Below are positions 1 through 13,139 of a DNA stretch of 64,000 bases, in pieces. The notes below the pieces were generated by a model. It ran no database searches. It was not told the origin of the DNA and saw only the letters and a program-made list of their open reading frames with translations. Each line of letters starts with the position of its first letter. Position 1 is the stretch's first letter. A program made the position numbers and the translations under genes. Source of the DNA: Octopus sinensis (Eukaryota); the NCBI RefSeq assembly GCF_006345805.1, contig NC_043006.1, forward strand, positions 45,198,001 through 45,262,000. Direction: 5' to 3'.

Positions 1-189
1 AGAACTGTGTTTGTGTGATATTTTTTTTAAATGAATAAATTTTTAAAAGAAAGATCAAAACATCTGCTGCGGTAATACCAGCTATAGAAACAGACTGTTT
101 GTATGTCATTGCATTTGAATACCATTTGTTGGAACAATGGTTGTAATCATTACTGCCTTAATGCCGCCAACTTTTCTAGGTTAGTAGGT

Positions 190-640
190 AGTTGTTGGGG
201 TGGTGTTGGCAGTGGTGTTATTTGTGGGGGGGTTTTACGATGATCGTGATGTTTGCATTGGTGGCGGTGCTGGTGCTGGTGACGGTGGTGGTGACGGTGG
301 TGGTGACGGTGGTGGTGACGGTGGTGTTGGTGGTGGTAGTGATGGAGGTGGTGGTGGTGCTAGTGATGGTGCTAGTGGTGGTGCTAGTGGTGGTGATGAT
401 GTGTTGGTGGTGGTGGTGGTGGTGGTGGTGGTGATGGTGGTGGTGGTGTGGTGTTTGCAGTTTTTATGATGTCGTGATGTTTGTATTGCTTGTGTTGGTG
501 GTGCGAGTGTTTGCGCTCGTACAACCGTTGTTCTTGTTGTTGCTGTTGTTGTTATTGTTTCTGGTGGTGATGGTTGTGGCGGCGATAGCGGTGGAGGAGG
601 CGGTGGCGGTGACATTATAACATTAACGGTAGTAGCGTGG
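190..640. repeat. (GGT)n-rich low-complexity tract
   Basis: Directly visible. Confidence 0.9.
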
Positions 641-712
641 TGATGGATGCCATATACAACTGATTAGCACTTTCATTGCAACTTGCATAAATACAGCTTC
701 ACTCATACTACA

Positions 713-749
<37 letters not shown>

Positions 750-1944
750 AGTTAACATATATAAACACAATTACACGTAATTTCCAGTGAAATCTACTCT
801 AATTTATCTTTACTCAATGCAAGCACGTTAATATCGGTTAACACACGTGTTTATCAGTGCAGTTTATTTCCTCCAATGTCATTTAACCCATCAATAAAAC
901 CCGAATTATTACAACTCTTACTTGACCCTGTTAATCCTAATGTAGCAGAAAAGTCAACAAAACATTCTTCAGTACAAAATATATAAAACTATTATATAAT
1001 CAAGCCTTACTAACCCGAAGAGCCATTTAAAACTATAAACGGCTCAACATCAAACTTGTTATTAAGTGGTTCAAATCCTAAAGTTAGCCCTTCGGATACA
1101 AATGGAAACCCCTATTTTAAATATGTTAATGTTTACGTAATGGTCTATCGATGGGAAAGTTATCGTCAAAGCTGATATTATTGAAACCACGTGCATAGTA
1201 ATGCCCAAAGTTGTCATTTGTTCAACAGGCGTAGCTGTGTGGTAAGAAGCTTGCTTCCCAAACACATTAAAGAAACCAGGGAAGAGAACACTAAGATTTA
1301 AATGGATCGAAAATAAAAGAGTGGCGTGGAGTGGTGAGCGGGTTTGAAGTTTATCTTGTGGTCTTTTACTTGTTTCAGTCATTAAACTGCAGCCATACTG
1401 AAGCACTGCCTTCAGGAATTTTAGTTGAATGAATAAACCCACTGCTTGGCACCTCAGAGAAGTGTCTTCTACTATAGCCTCGGGTCGACCAGAACGTAAC
1501 GGCAGACGAAATACCTACTTCTTTACTACCCACAAGGGGATAAACACAGAGGGGACAAACAAACGGATTAAGTCGATTACATCGACCCCAGTGCGTAACT
1601 GGTACTTATCGACCCCAAAAGGATGAACGGCAAAGTCGAACTTGGCGGTATTTGAACTCAGAACGTAACGGCAAATGAAATACCGCTAAGTATTCTTTTC
1701 TACTTTAGGCACAAGGCTCGAAATTTGAGGGGAGAGGGCTAGCCGATTAGATCGACCCCAGTACGCAACTGGTACTTAATTTATCGACCCTGAAAAGATG
1801 AAAGGTAAAGTCGACCTCGGCGGAATTTGAACTCAGAACGTAAAGACAGTATTTCGCCCGGCGTGCTAACGATTCTGCCAGCTCGCAGCCATCGTTTTTA
1901 TTATTTATTTGATAATTTGGTAATTGCTGTCATAACTCCATACA

Positions 1945-2290
1945 TATGTGTGTGTGTGTGATAGTGTGTTTCCGTCTGGGCGTGGGAGTGCGTATATGTC
2001 TCTGTGTGCGCGTATGCTTGTATGTGTGTGCATGTGCATGTGGGCGTTGGTGTGTATGTGTGCGTGCGCGCATGTATGTGCATGTGTGTGTGTGCGTACA
2101 TGTATATATATGTGTGACGTCTGTGTGTATGTATGTAAGGGCGTATGCGTGTGTGCGTGTATGTATGTGTGCATGTATATGTATGCATGTCTTTGTACAT
2201 GTATATGCTTGTGCGCGTGTGTATATGTATGAGTGCGTGTATGTGTCTGCATATGTGTGTGCTTGTATGTGTGTGTATGTGTGCGTGTAC

Positions 2291-2350
<60 letters not shown>
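1945..2350. repeat. Degenerate (TG)n/(TA)n microsatellite field; similar fields at ~5470-5680, 6170-6750, 21230-21530, 22000-22480
   Basis: Directly visible. Confidence 0.95.
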
Positions 2351-2432
2351 CCCTGCATCAAAAACATTTCACAAGGCCTAATACCCCTCCTGCGCCTGTG
2401 AAGACGACATTGCAGAATGCTAAACAAAATAT

Positions 2433-2840
2433 AGGCGCAGGAGTGGCTGTGTGGTAAGAAGCTTGCTTCCCACAACCACATGGTTCCAGGTTCAGTTCCA
2501 CTGCGTGGCACCTTGGGCAAGTGCCTTCTACTATATCCTCGGGTCGACCAAATCCATGTGAGTGGATGTGATAGACGACAACTGAAAGAAGCCCATTATA
2601 TATGTGTGTGTGTGTTTGTGTGTCTGTGTTTGTCCCCCACCACCACTACCACCACCACCATCGTTTGACCAGCGATCTTGATTTGCTTACGTCCCCGTAA
2701 CGTAGCGCTTCGGCAAAAGAGACCGAAAGAAAAAGTACTAGGCTTCCCAAGAATAAGTCCTGGGATCGATTTTGTTCGACTAAAGGCGGTGCTCCAGCAT
2801 GGCCGCAGTCAAATGACTGAAACCAGTAAAAGAAAAGAAT
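2433..2840 (+). mobile_element. CORE-type tRNA-derived SINE (family A; probably an octopus OR-type family)
   Basis: Head aggcgcaggagtggctgtgtggtaag, CORE-like ccttgggcaagtg, internal (TA/TG)n and tail gactgaaac..gtaaaagag. Other copies (approximate): 10280-10710, 14688-15052, 17975-18108, 26610-27050, 28170-28335, 28990-29230, 29500-30052, 32190-32610, 45710-46090, 62250-62420 (+); 53700-53900, 54060-54400, 55070-55440, 63300-63740 (-). Confidence 0.9.
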
Positions 2841-3093
2841 GTAAAATGGCCTCCCTCCCTCAGATTTTTACCAACTTGTGTCAGTATAAACATTCTAACT
2901 CTATTGCAATTTATTTTCTTGTTTTGGTTTGAATGAAGGGGCTGATTTCAAAGATTCTCTGAGATACGCATGCCTATCTATTTACCTACCTACGTGCCCA
3001 CCTACCTACCTACGTACCTACCTATCTACCTACGTGCCTGCCTACCTACCTACATTCATACATACATACGTACATTCGTACGTACGTACATAC

Positions 3094-3955
3094 CTCAAGT
3101 TTCTATATGCACATTATAAATTTACATTTATACCAGTAATAATTGAAGTACTTAGTTTTGTGAGTAAATGCCTAAGTGGCAATCTGGATAAGCTAAGGTT
3201 TTCAGAAAAAGAAATCCACCAACTAACTTGCTCATTAGAAATACATTCTGTGAGTGGAACAGTAAAAATATGCAAGACTTACTCCAGTTTAAAATGTGAC
3301 GTTGTTTTCGTGTATCTATTGGGTTGTCCGGAAAGTTCGTGCCAATTTATTGTAACTTACTTTTCGACTTATTTTAGAATATGGTTGAGTCCATAAAATA
3401 GGATTTGACTACACCTCCATTTAGAGCACAGTTTAAGCTATCTTTTCCTGGAAGAAGGCTTATGTTCCTATAACCTGTGTTAATTCTGTAACCCTTTAAA
3501 ATAGAAGATAAGAAAGTTCATTTTCGGCACTTGAGGCTTTGGGAACTAGACAAAAATTGCTTCAACTCGGCTAACCCCACCCTCCATATTCACCAGATAT
3601 TGCTCCTTCGGATTTCTACTTATTCGGGTCTCTGCAGAATAGTCTTAATGGCAAAAATTTCAATTCCTTGGATGACGTAAAAAGATACCTTGATGAATTC
3701 TTTGCGATGAAACCACCTCAATTCTGGGAAGAGGGTATTTTCAAGTTAAAGGAAAGATGGAGACGCATTGTGCAACAAAATGGTTCATATTTCGTTGATT
3801 TAAAATGTCATGGCAAGTATTTATTGACCTTTTTTTTTTTTCCTTTAAAAATTGGCACGAACTTTCCGGACAACCCAATATATTCCAATGAAGGAACTTT
3901 ATATCTTTGTTAGAAGCCAGCTCCTTCCTCGGAGCAAGAATTTAAATAGTTAAAA
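3094..3955 (+). mobile_element. 3' fragment of an RLE-type (R4/Dong-like) LINE; 3' UTR interrupted by the mariner at 3319-3878
   Basis: YKFTFIPVIIEVL...NLDKL.FSEKE...SGTVKICKT. The 3' UTR resumes after the mariner and matches the UTR at 10190-10267. Confidence 0.7.
3319..3878 (+). mobile_element. Internally deleted mariner transposon
   Basis: 30-bp TIRs ttgggttgtccggaaagttcgtgccaattt / aaattggcacgaactttccggacaacccaa and TA TSD on both sides. Residual transposase: (M)EDKKVHFRH and PPYSPDIAPSDFYLFGSLQN...GIFKLKERWRRIVQQNG. Confidence 0.95.
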
Positions 3956-4054
3956 ACAGAAGAGAATTTACACGCATGTATTTTCCTCAGTTCTACTGTT
4001 AATATTTATTATCAGTGTCACTTTTCCTGTCTGCATATGTATTAATATATTAAT

Positions 4055-4352
4055 GTCTCGAAGCCTGGAGCATTGGAGCTCAGGACAGGCCCGGCTGGCA
4101 TCATTCTATCTCTACTGTGGCAAATCATTTTGATGCTGAACGACAAAGGAAAGAGGAAGAAAAACGACAAGAAAGGAAGAGTAACGACAATGGAGGCCAC
4201 AACGGATCCCTTGTGAACTTTGCAACAGGCACTTCCGTGCAAGAATCGGCCTCATTAGTTATCAGAGGCATAAACACGAACAGAGGGGAATAAGTGGTCA
4301 AGAGGAAACCAAATAAATTATCGGACACACGATAAAACACCGACGACGACGA
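4055..4352 (+). mobile_element. 5'-truncated RTE (BovB-like) LINE 3' end
   Basis: W..AQDRPGW...KRQERK, then after a frameshift PCELCNRHFRARIGLISYQRHKH; (CGA)n tail. Confidence 0.75.
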
Positions 4353-4716
4353 TATATTAATAATTCATAAGTCTTAATTGCTGAGCTTAATACTCTTCAC
4401 AGATGAGACCTAATAAGGCTGAAACATGGCCATGACTTTCCACAGATCCTCTCCTGACTACATTGTCTATGTTATCAAAAAATTACATACAGTTCGACTG
4501 CATGTATGTACGTATGAACGTATTATGAATGATTGTCTACACAGGCAGATTGACGGATGGGTTGTGAGTTTTTGTTAGCTTTTGATATTCTGAGTCTATA
4601 TGTGTGGATTCAAATTCAACGGTTGGCCACGTTCGCACTCTTCATGCAATGGAGCACATCTTCGAGGTGGACAACAATGAATTACGGTACAGCGCCTCTC
4701 TGAATTTGGACAAGCT

Positions 4717-5060
4717 TCATCATCATCATTGTTCGACCGTGGTCGAGACAATGGAATTTACCATGCTACGCCAGACTTCACGGTCCATCATGGCATTACG
4801 GAGGTCCTGTTGCTGGATGCCTGTATCCCTGGAGATTACATCAGGGTAGGAGAGTGTGCGCCCTCTGGTATTGCGAGTAGATGGCTTCCAGAGGAGAAGA
4901 GTAGAAATTACTTCTTTTTCAGCTCTACAACAATGTCCAGCAAACTGGACTCTCCTACCTTTCACAAGAGATGACACAGGTGGTAGTTTCCCATATATTT
5001 GCATTTTGGTTGAATGGCGCTTCCACGAGAGATTTTGAGCTCTCATAAGCTTACCATCAC
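4717..5060 (-). mobile_element. 5'-truncated RTE-X-like LINE 3' end
   Basis: NLSWKRH...RRVQFAGHCCRA...LLLWKP...GRTLSYPDVISRDTG...AMMDREVWR* followed by a (TGA)n tail. Confidence 0.8.
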
Positions 5061-5486
5061 TGCAAGATATGGGATTTTTTTTAAACCTAATACCGTTGAG
5101 TTCGAACGATAATTTTTTTCTCCACAATAACTAAACTTACAAACGAATATTTCCCATGGTTTCAGAAATGCCACCGAGAATGTGCGCGTATGTGTATGTG
5201 TGTGTAAGTATGCGTATGTAGGTGTGAGCTCATGTCTTTCGTTTTCCCTTTCCTTTCAGTCGACCAATGAGCGACAAGATTTATCCGCCTCTTTCTCTTT
5301 TTAACTTTCTTCCTCTCTCTCTCTTTCACTCTCTCCTTGTCTCTCACTGTCTCTCTCGCTCTCTATTTCTCTCTATCCTCCCTCCACCCCTCTCTCTCTC
5401 TCTCGCTCGCTCGCCCTCAGTATATCTATATATGAATATTTAAATTAAATATGCAAGTATGCATATATGCCTATATACATATACCT

Positions 5487-5546
<60 letters not shown>

Positions 5547-6383
5547 ATATACATACATACATACATACATACACACATACATACACACATACATACATAC
5601 ATACACACATACATACATACATACATACATACATACATACATACATACATACATACGTACATACATACATACATACATATTTCTCACGGCGATCTTCGGT
5701 CGGTCAACAACGAGAAGAGAAGAAAAGCCAGCAGATCTCTTGACATTCTTCAATAATAATCTGGTAAGCAAAAAGTAAACCAATCTCATCCACACCAAGA
5801 CATAAACAATATAATCAATACCACAACTGAAATAAGTCAATTGTTGGCTAACAATGCTTTAATATAAAGTAACATCTGCCCTTCTTCTACAGAACATGCA
5901 GCCATCTTTTATTGAAAGTTTCTCCAATACTGTTGTCGCTTCACGGCTTTCTTAACATTCTTTCATTTCAAGAATTCGTTTCGATGCTATGTTTCTTTGT
6001 TTGCTTGTGTTTTTGTTGTTGCTTTTTTTTTTTTTTTTTGTCTTTGGTGGCGGGTAGCATTTCTTATTCATTCTGTTTAAGTTTCGGGTTGTTTTGTTCG
6101 TTTTTTTTTGTTTTATTTCGTAATACACCGTGATTGATGTTTTCGGTTTATCAATTGCAAGCTATTGTCTGCATGTCTATACACGCGCGTGCAGACGCAC
6201 GCACACAAACACACACGCGTAAATATGCGTGTGTGTGTGTGTGTGTGTGTGTGAGAGTGTACGGAATGTAGGTTTATACTTACACGCAAATACACACACG
6301 CACACACACACACACACACGTCTACATGTGTATGTACATATATAAACATATATACATACATTTATATAAAGGTAAGAGAGTGA

Positions 6384-6449
<66 letters not shown>

Positions 6450-6531
6450 TCCATACATAAATATATATACATATATATATACATATATATTTGTATATAC
6501 ATATATGCCTGTATACGTATATGTCTCTCTC

Positions 6532-6562
<31 letters not shown>

Positions 6563-6686
6563 ACATAGATGTGTGTATGTATGTTTATATATATATACAT
6601 ACACATACACACACACATATATATACATACTCACACAATCACGCACACACATATTTACATATACGTGAATATATATGTATATGCTC

Positions 6687-6737
<51 letters not shown>

Positions 6738-8059
6738 AGTGTGTGCGTGTGTGTCCATATAGACTACATATATTGAAGGTTGTTTATTGACAATCGTTAG
6801 AGTGTTTCATAATATATAACGATATTTGTTCCAGATCTTTGGGTTGTAATTTCAAACCCTGCCGATGCCAACTTCGTTTTGTCTAATGCTGGTACAGTCG
6901 CAGTTTGGATACCGTTAAAACTTAATTTGTCTTTACAATTTGAACCTAAAAATATTTTTAAATGCGTACATCAGAAACATTAAAATATATATTAATTACC
7001 ACATTAAACCTATTCTGTATTTTTGTTACGCCTTAGACTGCGGTAAACATCCTGAGAACTCATCTCGTATAGACGACAAATGTTAAAAAAGTACAAATAA
7101 TATCGGCTGACGACATTTTGTCAGCACCGGCGGATGGCACTGTTGTATCATCAGATTTCACCGTACTTTGGATCATCAGTCAAACAGTGAATGCCTGTTC
7201 GAAAATCATGCAAACCGATATATTTTAACATTGGCTAAACAACCAGTGATGTTGTTAATAGCTAGCTTATACACAGCCCGCCAGCTTTTCTCTATTGTCG
7301 GTGTATAAGTTAGCTATTAACGAGAGAACAGCTTTTGTAACGAGAGATGATTTCGATGATTTCCTAGGACGTTTATCGCAGTTTAAGGCGTTATAAGCAT
7401 ATCCAATTTAAACTGGATGTGCTAATAAATATTCGTAACAAAGGCTGAGTCTGCCGCTAATAGCTAATTCAAAACACGTGAATTTTATACTATCAGGCTT
7501 CATCGGTGCTTCCAGGTCATTGTATCAACGTAATGCCTTGCAGTAATGTACTTATTTTGAAACTCATAACAAATTAACTAATTAAATAGTATCTATGACT
7601 AAATTCACTAACATAAGATTAAATTATTTACATTATTTACATTTGACGGATATTTGTACTCATCTTGTTTGTTATTAATATAACATTTCGGCTGATATAT
7701 AACAACAAACAAGATGAGGACAAATATCCGTCAAATGTAAATAATGTAAATAATGTATATAATTCCTCATCCCTTAAATATAAAACTGTATAAGAATTGC
7801 AGCAAAAATTTCCTAGCCATTTATCCAATTCAAAGTCCCGAGGATAAACAATATTCTTTGCTTTCTTTATATCAATGGCAACAGTGACATTTAGAAATAA
7901 AAGAATATGAGATGTTGATTAAATACAGATAAAATTGCATAAGTCTAAACAAAACAAAGGAGTGAGGTGGGGAGTGAAGGGACAGATGTGTATGTGTGTG
8001 TGTGTGTGTGTGTGTTGTGTGTGAGTAAATAAATACCTAAATATTGATGAAAAAGGCAA

Positions 8060-8061
8060 CA

Positions 8062-8094
<33 letters not shown>

Positions 8095-8238
8095 GGTGGT
8101 GGTGTGGTGGTGGTGGTGGTGGTGGTGGTAGTGGTGGTAGTGGTGGTAGTGGTGGTAGTGGTGGTGGTGGTGAGGAGGAGGAGGAAGAAGAAGAAGAAGA
8201 AGAAGAAGAGAAGAAGAAGAGGAAGAAGAAGAGGAAGA

Positions 8239-8331
<93 letters not shown>

Positions 8332-8460
8332 GGAAGAAGAAGAGGAAGAAGAAGAGGAAGAAGAAGAGGAAGAGGAGGAGGAGGAAGAAGAAGAAGAAAA
8401 GAAGAAGAAGAAGAAGAAGAAGAAGAAGAGGAGGAGGAGGAAGAAGAAGAAGAGGAGGAG
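8060..8460. repeat. Compound trinucleotide tract (AGT)n-(GGT)n-(GGTAGTGGT)n-(AGG)n-(AAG/GAG)n
   Basis: Directly visible; the last ~290 bp are purine-only on the + strand. Confidence 0.97.
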
Positions 8461-8589
8461 AGAAATAAAAACAAACACCCCGCGTTGCTATGATAGTGAG
8501 ACCATCAGAGTTTCCATCTCTTGAAGTACCAAGATGAAACCGAGTATGCGGAAAGGAAAAAAGGCTGTTAGCCTGGTTAGTTTATTCAC

Positions 8590-8895
8590 TGGAGGCGCAA
8601 TGGCCCAGTGGTTAGGGCAGTGGACTCGCGGTCGGAGGATCGCGGTTTCGATTCCCAGACCGGGCGTTGTGTGTCTTTATTGAGCGAAAACACCTAGAAA
8701 AGTTCCACGAGGCTCCGGCAAGGGGTGGTGGCGACCCCTGTTGTGCTCTTTCGCCACAACTTTCTCTCACTCTCTCTTCCTGTTTTTTTTAGTAACGCTG
8801 CGATGGACTGGCGTCCCAGTAACGCTGCGATGGACATACGCCACAGAAACCGGGAAACCGGGCCCATGAGCCTAGCTAGGCTTGAAAAGGGCGAA
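8590..8895 (+). mobile_element. tRNA-derived SINE family C (possibly the octopus OK-type); partial copy at ~44940-45130
   Basis: Head ggaggcgcaatggcccagtggttagggcag...ggtttcgattccc with A and B boxes; the family name is from memory. Confidence 0.8.
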
Positions 8896-9242
8896 AGAGA
8901 GGAGAGTTTATTCACTAGGTTCATTCTACTAACTTTCAATAATCGCTGTTGAAATGCATTGATTATCCAAGGCGAAGCCGAGTCTGAGAGAAAATTGAAG
9001 CCTTTTAAATTTAAATTAAAAGTCAGTTGATGTCAGAACTGTTCTGGGAAATGAAACTATTGTATCCAGCAAATTTTCTTGACATGCTTGTTAAATCTAC
9101 TGCAAAGGGGACCGTAATTTTAATCCTTAAACAGCGAAGAAAGGTTTGCATGATTATGTCAAATGGGCGGAAACAAAAGCATTTTTTCTTAAGGGTAAGT
9201 TTTATTCTAATTCTGCCTTTATTAAGTACAAACTAACACTCT

Positions 9243-9525
9243 GTCGGTTGCGATGATGTAGGTTCCAGTTGATGCAATCAACATAACAACCTGCTCGTGA
9301 GATTAATGTGCAAGTAACTGAGCACTCCACAGACACGTCGTTCCCTTATTGTAGTTCTCAGGGTCCTTTGAAATACAAATACCACCCATTTTTGCCAGCT
9401 GAGTGGACTAAAGCAACGTGAAATAAAATGTATTGCTGAAGGACGCAACGCGTCGTTGGGAATCGAACTTACGGCCTTATGATCGGAAGCCGAATCCCCT
9501 AACCACTAAACTACGCGCCTTCACA
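9243..9525 (-). mobile_element. tRNA-derived SINE family D; copies at ~12545-12840 and tail at 12920-12995 (+)
   Basis: Head gaaggcgcgtagtttagtggttagg...gttcgattccc; tail ...caactggaacc(ctcg)tcgtcgtaaccgacggagtg shared among copies. Confidence 0.75.
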
Positions 9526-10045
9526 AATAAGTACAAAAGCTATAATAATTGTTAGTCTCACGCAAAATAAAATTTACAATTTCTTTATCGAAAAGGGCCT
9601 TAAAAATCTTCACTTTCCTTTGATGATGGCCGTATTCATGCAAAAGTTTTGAAATATCAATTGATGGTGTCTGCTGTTTAAGGGTTTATTGTGACTTTTG
9701 TACCATTTCTAAGTTTTGGAGGGTCTAGGTTATGGTTTGATGTAAATTTGGGTGTTGTTTCTAGCAGTTGTAGCTACCATTTGGTGGTCTCCTAGCTGAC
9801 TATTTCATAACTATATGGACACATAAGACTGCAGGGTGTAGTTTGAAGGAGATTTGGGTATTATTTATAGCAAGTTGAGATCATATGTACATATTTATGA
9901 TTATATGTCTTCATATGAGGGTGATCTGGCTACTAGTCTAGCAAGTCGAGGCGGTCTCCTTTGTAGGCTCATACATACATACATACATACATACATACAT
10001 ACATACATACATACCATACATACATACATACATACATACATGCAT

Positions 10046-10267
10046 AAATGCTTAAAGGAGAATCTGGATAAACTGGGATTTTCAGAAAGAGAAATCGACC
10101 TGCTAATTAGTATATTACAAGGGCAGTCTATGAGTGGAACAGTAAAAATATGAAAGACTTTTTTCAAGTTCCAAATGTGAATTTGTCTGTGTTAACTGCA
10201 TCCCAAAGATGGAGCCTTGTATCTTTGTTGGAAACCGACCCTCTCCTCAGTGGAAGATTTATAATAA
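10046..10267 (+). mobile_element. 3' fragment of an RLE-type (R4/Dong-like) LINE embedded in (TACA)n
   Basis: KCLKENLDKLGFSERE...QSMSGTVKI*KTFFKFQM* plus 3' UTR; (TACA)n on both sides. Confidence 0.72.
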
Positions 10268-10765
10268 TACATACATACATACGCAGGAGTGGCTGTGTAA
10301 GTAGGCGCAGGAGTGGCTGTGTGGTAAGTAGCTTGCTAACCAACCACATGGTTCCGGGTTCAGTCCCACTGCGTGGCATCTTGGGCAACTGTCTTCTGCT
10401 ATAGCCTCGAGACGACCAAAGCCTTGTGAGTGGATTTGGTAGACGGAAACTGAAAAGAAGCCCGTCGTATATATGTATATATATATATGCGTGTGTGTGT
10501 TTGTGTTTGTCCCCCTAGCATTGCTTGACAACCGATGCTGGTGTGTTTATGTCTCCGTTACCTAGCGGTTCGGCAAAAGAGACCGATAGAATAAGTACTG
10601 GGCTTACAAAAGAATAAGTCCCGGGGTCGAGTTGCTCGATTAAAGGCGGTGCTCCAGCATGGCCGCAGTCAGATGACTGAAACAAGTAAAAGAGTAAAAG
10701 AGTAAAGAGTATACATACATACATACATACATACATACATACATACATACAGTATATAACTGTAA

Positions 10766-11030
10766 CATTCCTCGTCAGCTATTCTATCCAGATTACAAGT
10801 TCATGTTCATACCTGTAATTATTGGGGCACTGGGATATGTAATACAATGTCTAAATACCAATCTTGAGAAATTAGGCTTCTCAAAACCAGAAAGGAGAAA
10901 GCTGATTCGAAGTCTACAGATCCAGTCCATCACTGGAACTGCAAAAATTTGTAAAACTTTCCAAAAGTTTATTATTTAAGTATATATGAGCATGTCTAGA
11001 TATGCAACTTTATGCATGAGAATATATACA
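10766..11030 (+). mobile_element. 3' fragment of a second R4/Dong-like subfamily between (TACA)n tracts
   Basis: YPDYKFMFIPVIIGALGYV...NLEKLGF...LQIQSITGTAKICKTFQKFII* (stop 10977-10979). Confidence 0.75.
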
Positions 11031-11132
11031 TAAAGCAAAACATACAAATCTACTCATATACATACATACAAACATACATATATACACACATGTATACACA
11101 CACATACATACATACATACATACATACATACA

Positions 11133-11163
<31 letters not shown>

Positions 11164-11631
11164 GGCAAGAAATCTTGAAATGAAACTGAATATTGACATA
11201 CATGCATACATACATACATACATACATACATACATACATACATACATACATACATACATACATACATACATACATACATTACTTGTGTTAAATGTTTGTG
11301 AAGATTTTTCACAAACATTTACTCAGAATTTCATATTCCAGTGATCACAACTCTCCGGCGAACGGGAAAGTGAAACTTTGAGTAACAATTTGTGAAGATT
11401 TTTGTAGCTTTAATAAAAGCTTATTACTCTACCTTCGGTATTCGAGGACAAATTTTTCCACTTTGTTAGGAATTTATGCGCTTATTCGTGTGTACATAAG
11501 CTGGTCCCCGTCCTATCCATCCTCTACGAAAGCCATGTTCACATCACATCAAACTCAGACTAAACTATTTCACCTCAACTGGTCCTACTCTCAAGACGCA
11601 TAAGAGAAGAAAACGATCGCCTAATATTTAA

Positions 11632-11850
11632 CCCTTTAGTGTTCAGATTTAGTGTTAAATGTAATACTTTTTCACTCAAATTGTTTTGAATTACTCATGC
11701 ATTATCTTATAGCTTTGAGGTTTCAATGATGTGATTGCTTATTTTTAGAATGTCAATGTAGGTTACCTGTGAGAGGTTAGATATGGCTAGTTCAAATATA
11801 AAACAAGTAGATTATCTGGGCCAGTTGTGGCCGGTTTAAACACTAAAGGG
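11632..11850. mobile_element. piggyBac-type MITE
   Basis: TTAA|CCCTTTAGTGTT ... AACACTAAAGGG|TTAA: 12-bp TIR with TTAA TSD. Confidence 0.88.
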
Positions 11851-12050
11851 TTAAACGGTCCTTGGACGAATGTCTCCAACAAATTCCAGATAAAACACCT
11901 ACCCCCGGATATATCTCTGCAAATGATAACTCTCTACTCGGACGGGCTATGGTGCCCATAGAATGATTCATTTGAAACACCTTTAAATTTTTTTCAAGTG
12001 ATGCTATTCAGTTACACATGGCCTGGACCAATACTGGCCGAAACTTATCT

Positions 12051-12084
<34 letters not shown>

Positions 12085-13139
12085 ACGTGTATATGAAACA
12101 ACAGGATGTGATTTTATATTTTCATCAGAGCTAGCAACCATTTTGAAATCTCCTTCGTTGACATACGTATATACGTAACACAGTTGGGTTTGATTTCAGA
12201 GAGAATTAACTGTTATTTTTATCAAGCCTAGCTGCTACGTACCAACTTTCTGATTGTTGCATACATAAATATGTACATAGCGGTGTATGGTGAACTCTGA
12301 GAGAGACTTTGTTGATATTTCTACCAAGTCTATCTGAAATGTAGAGAGCTCCTTCGTTGGCCCATACATGATTATAAGCATACATAAGATATGTTGTAAT
12401 TGGAGGGAGTTTTGGCTGCTTGTACCATCTTGTCTTCACAGCGAGTTCTCTCATATGTACATACGATCTTAGTGTGAGATTTTAAGAGGATTTGTCTGAT
12501 AAAGGATAATACAGGCATATGTTTCTACACTAGATATTAGGATATGGTGATTTAGTTACTATTTGTAAGGTCGTGAGTTCAATTCCCGGCGACGCGTTAT
12601 GCCCTTGAGCGAGACACTACTTCACGTTGCTTCAGCCCTCTCAGCTGCCAGAAAGGAGTAATACTTGTATTTCAAAGGGCCAGCCTTGTCCTATTCTGGG
12701 CCACGCTGAATCTCTTTGAGAACTGTGTGAAAAGTACACGTGTCTGTGGAGTATTCAGCCATTTGCACGTCAATTGAACGAGGAGGCTGTTCCGTAGATC
12801 GAATCAACTGGAATCCTAGTCGTCGTAACCGGCGGAGTGCAAGTTTGTTTGTTTGTTTTTTATAGAGCCATGGGCAAATCAATGCATTAAGCCCGTTAGT
12901 ATTTATTGACATCAAATTATTGACATAATTTTACGAGCAGGCTGTTCCGTTGGTCGAACCAACTGGAACCCTCGTTGTCGTAACCGACGGAGTAACTTTC
13001 AGAACTATCATATAGAGATCTCTTTTGTTGGCTCATACATATATTATACATATTAAAGTAGTATGGTGTGATCATAGGGAGATTTGGCTGGTATTTCCTT
13101 CAAGCCTAGCTATAACTATCACAGAGATTTATATGTATA

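Noticed and set aside
62-86. gctgcggtaataccagct resembles the universal small-subunit rRNA motif
   Set aside because: Only ~18 nt match and the flanks show no rRNA similarity.
1030-1225. WSIDGKVIVK, faintly like a CR1/L2 ORF1 C-terminus
   Set aside because: Too short and frameshifted to support a call.
1901-2520. Many ORFs rich in H/T/Y/I/C/V, poly-S/E/R or poly-V/G/P (also 5445-5840, 7945-8493, 21899-22766, 60499-61046)
   Set aside because: These are translations of microsatellite or low-complexity DNA, with no splice or homology support.
8590-8665. tRNA-like heads of SINE families A-D as tRNA genes
   Set aside because: No complete cloverleaf; each continues into a SINE body.
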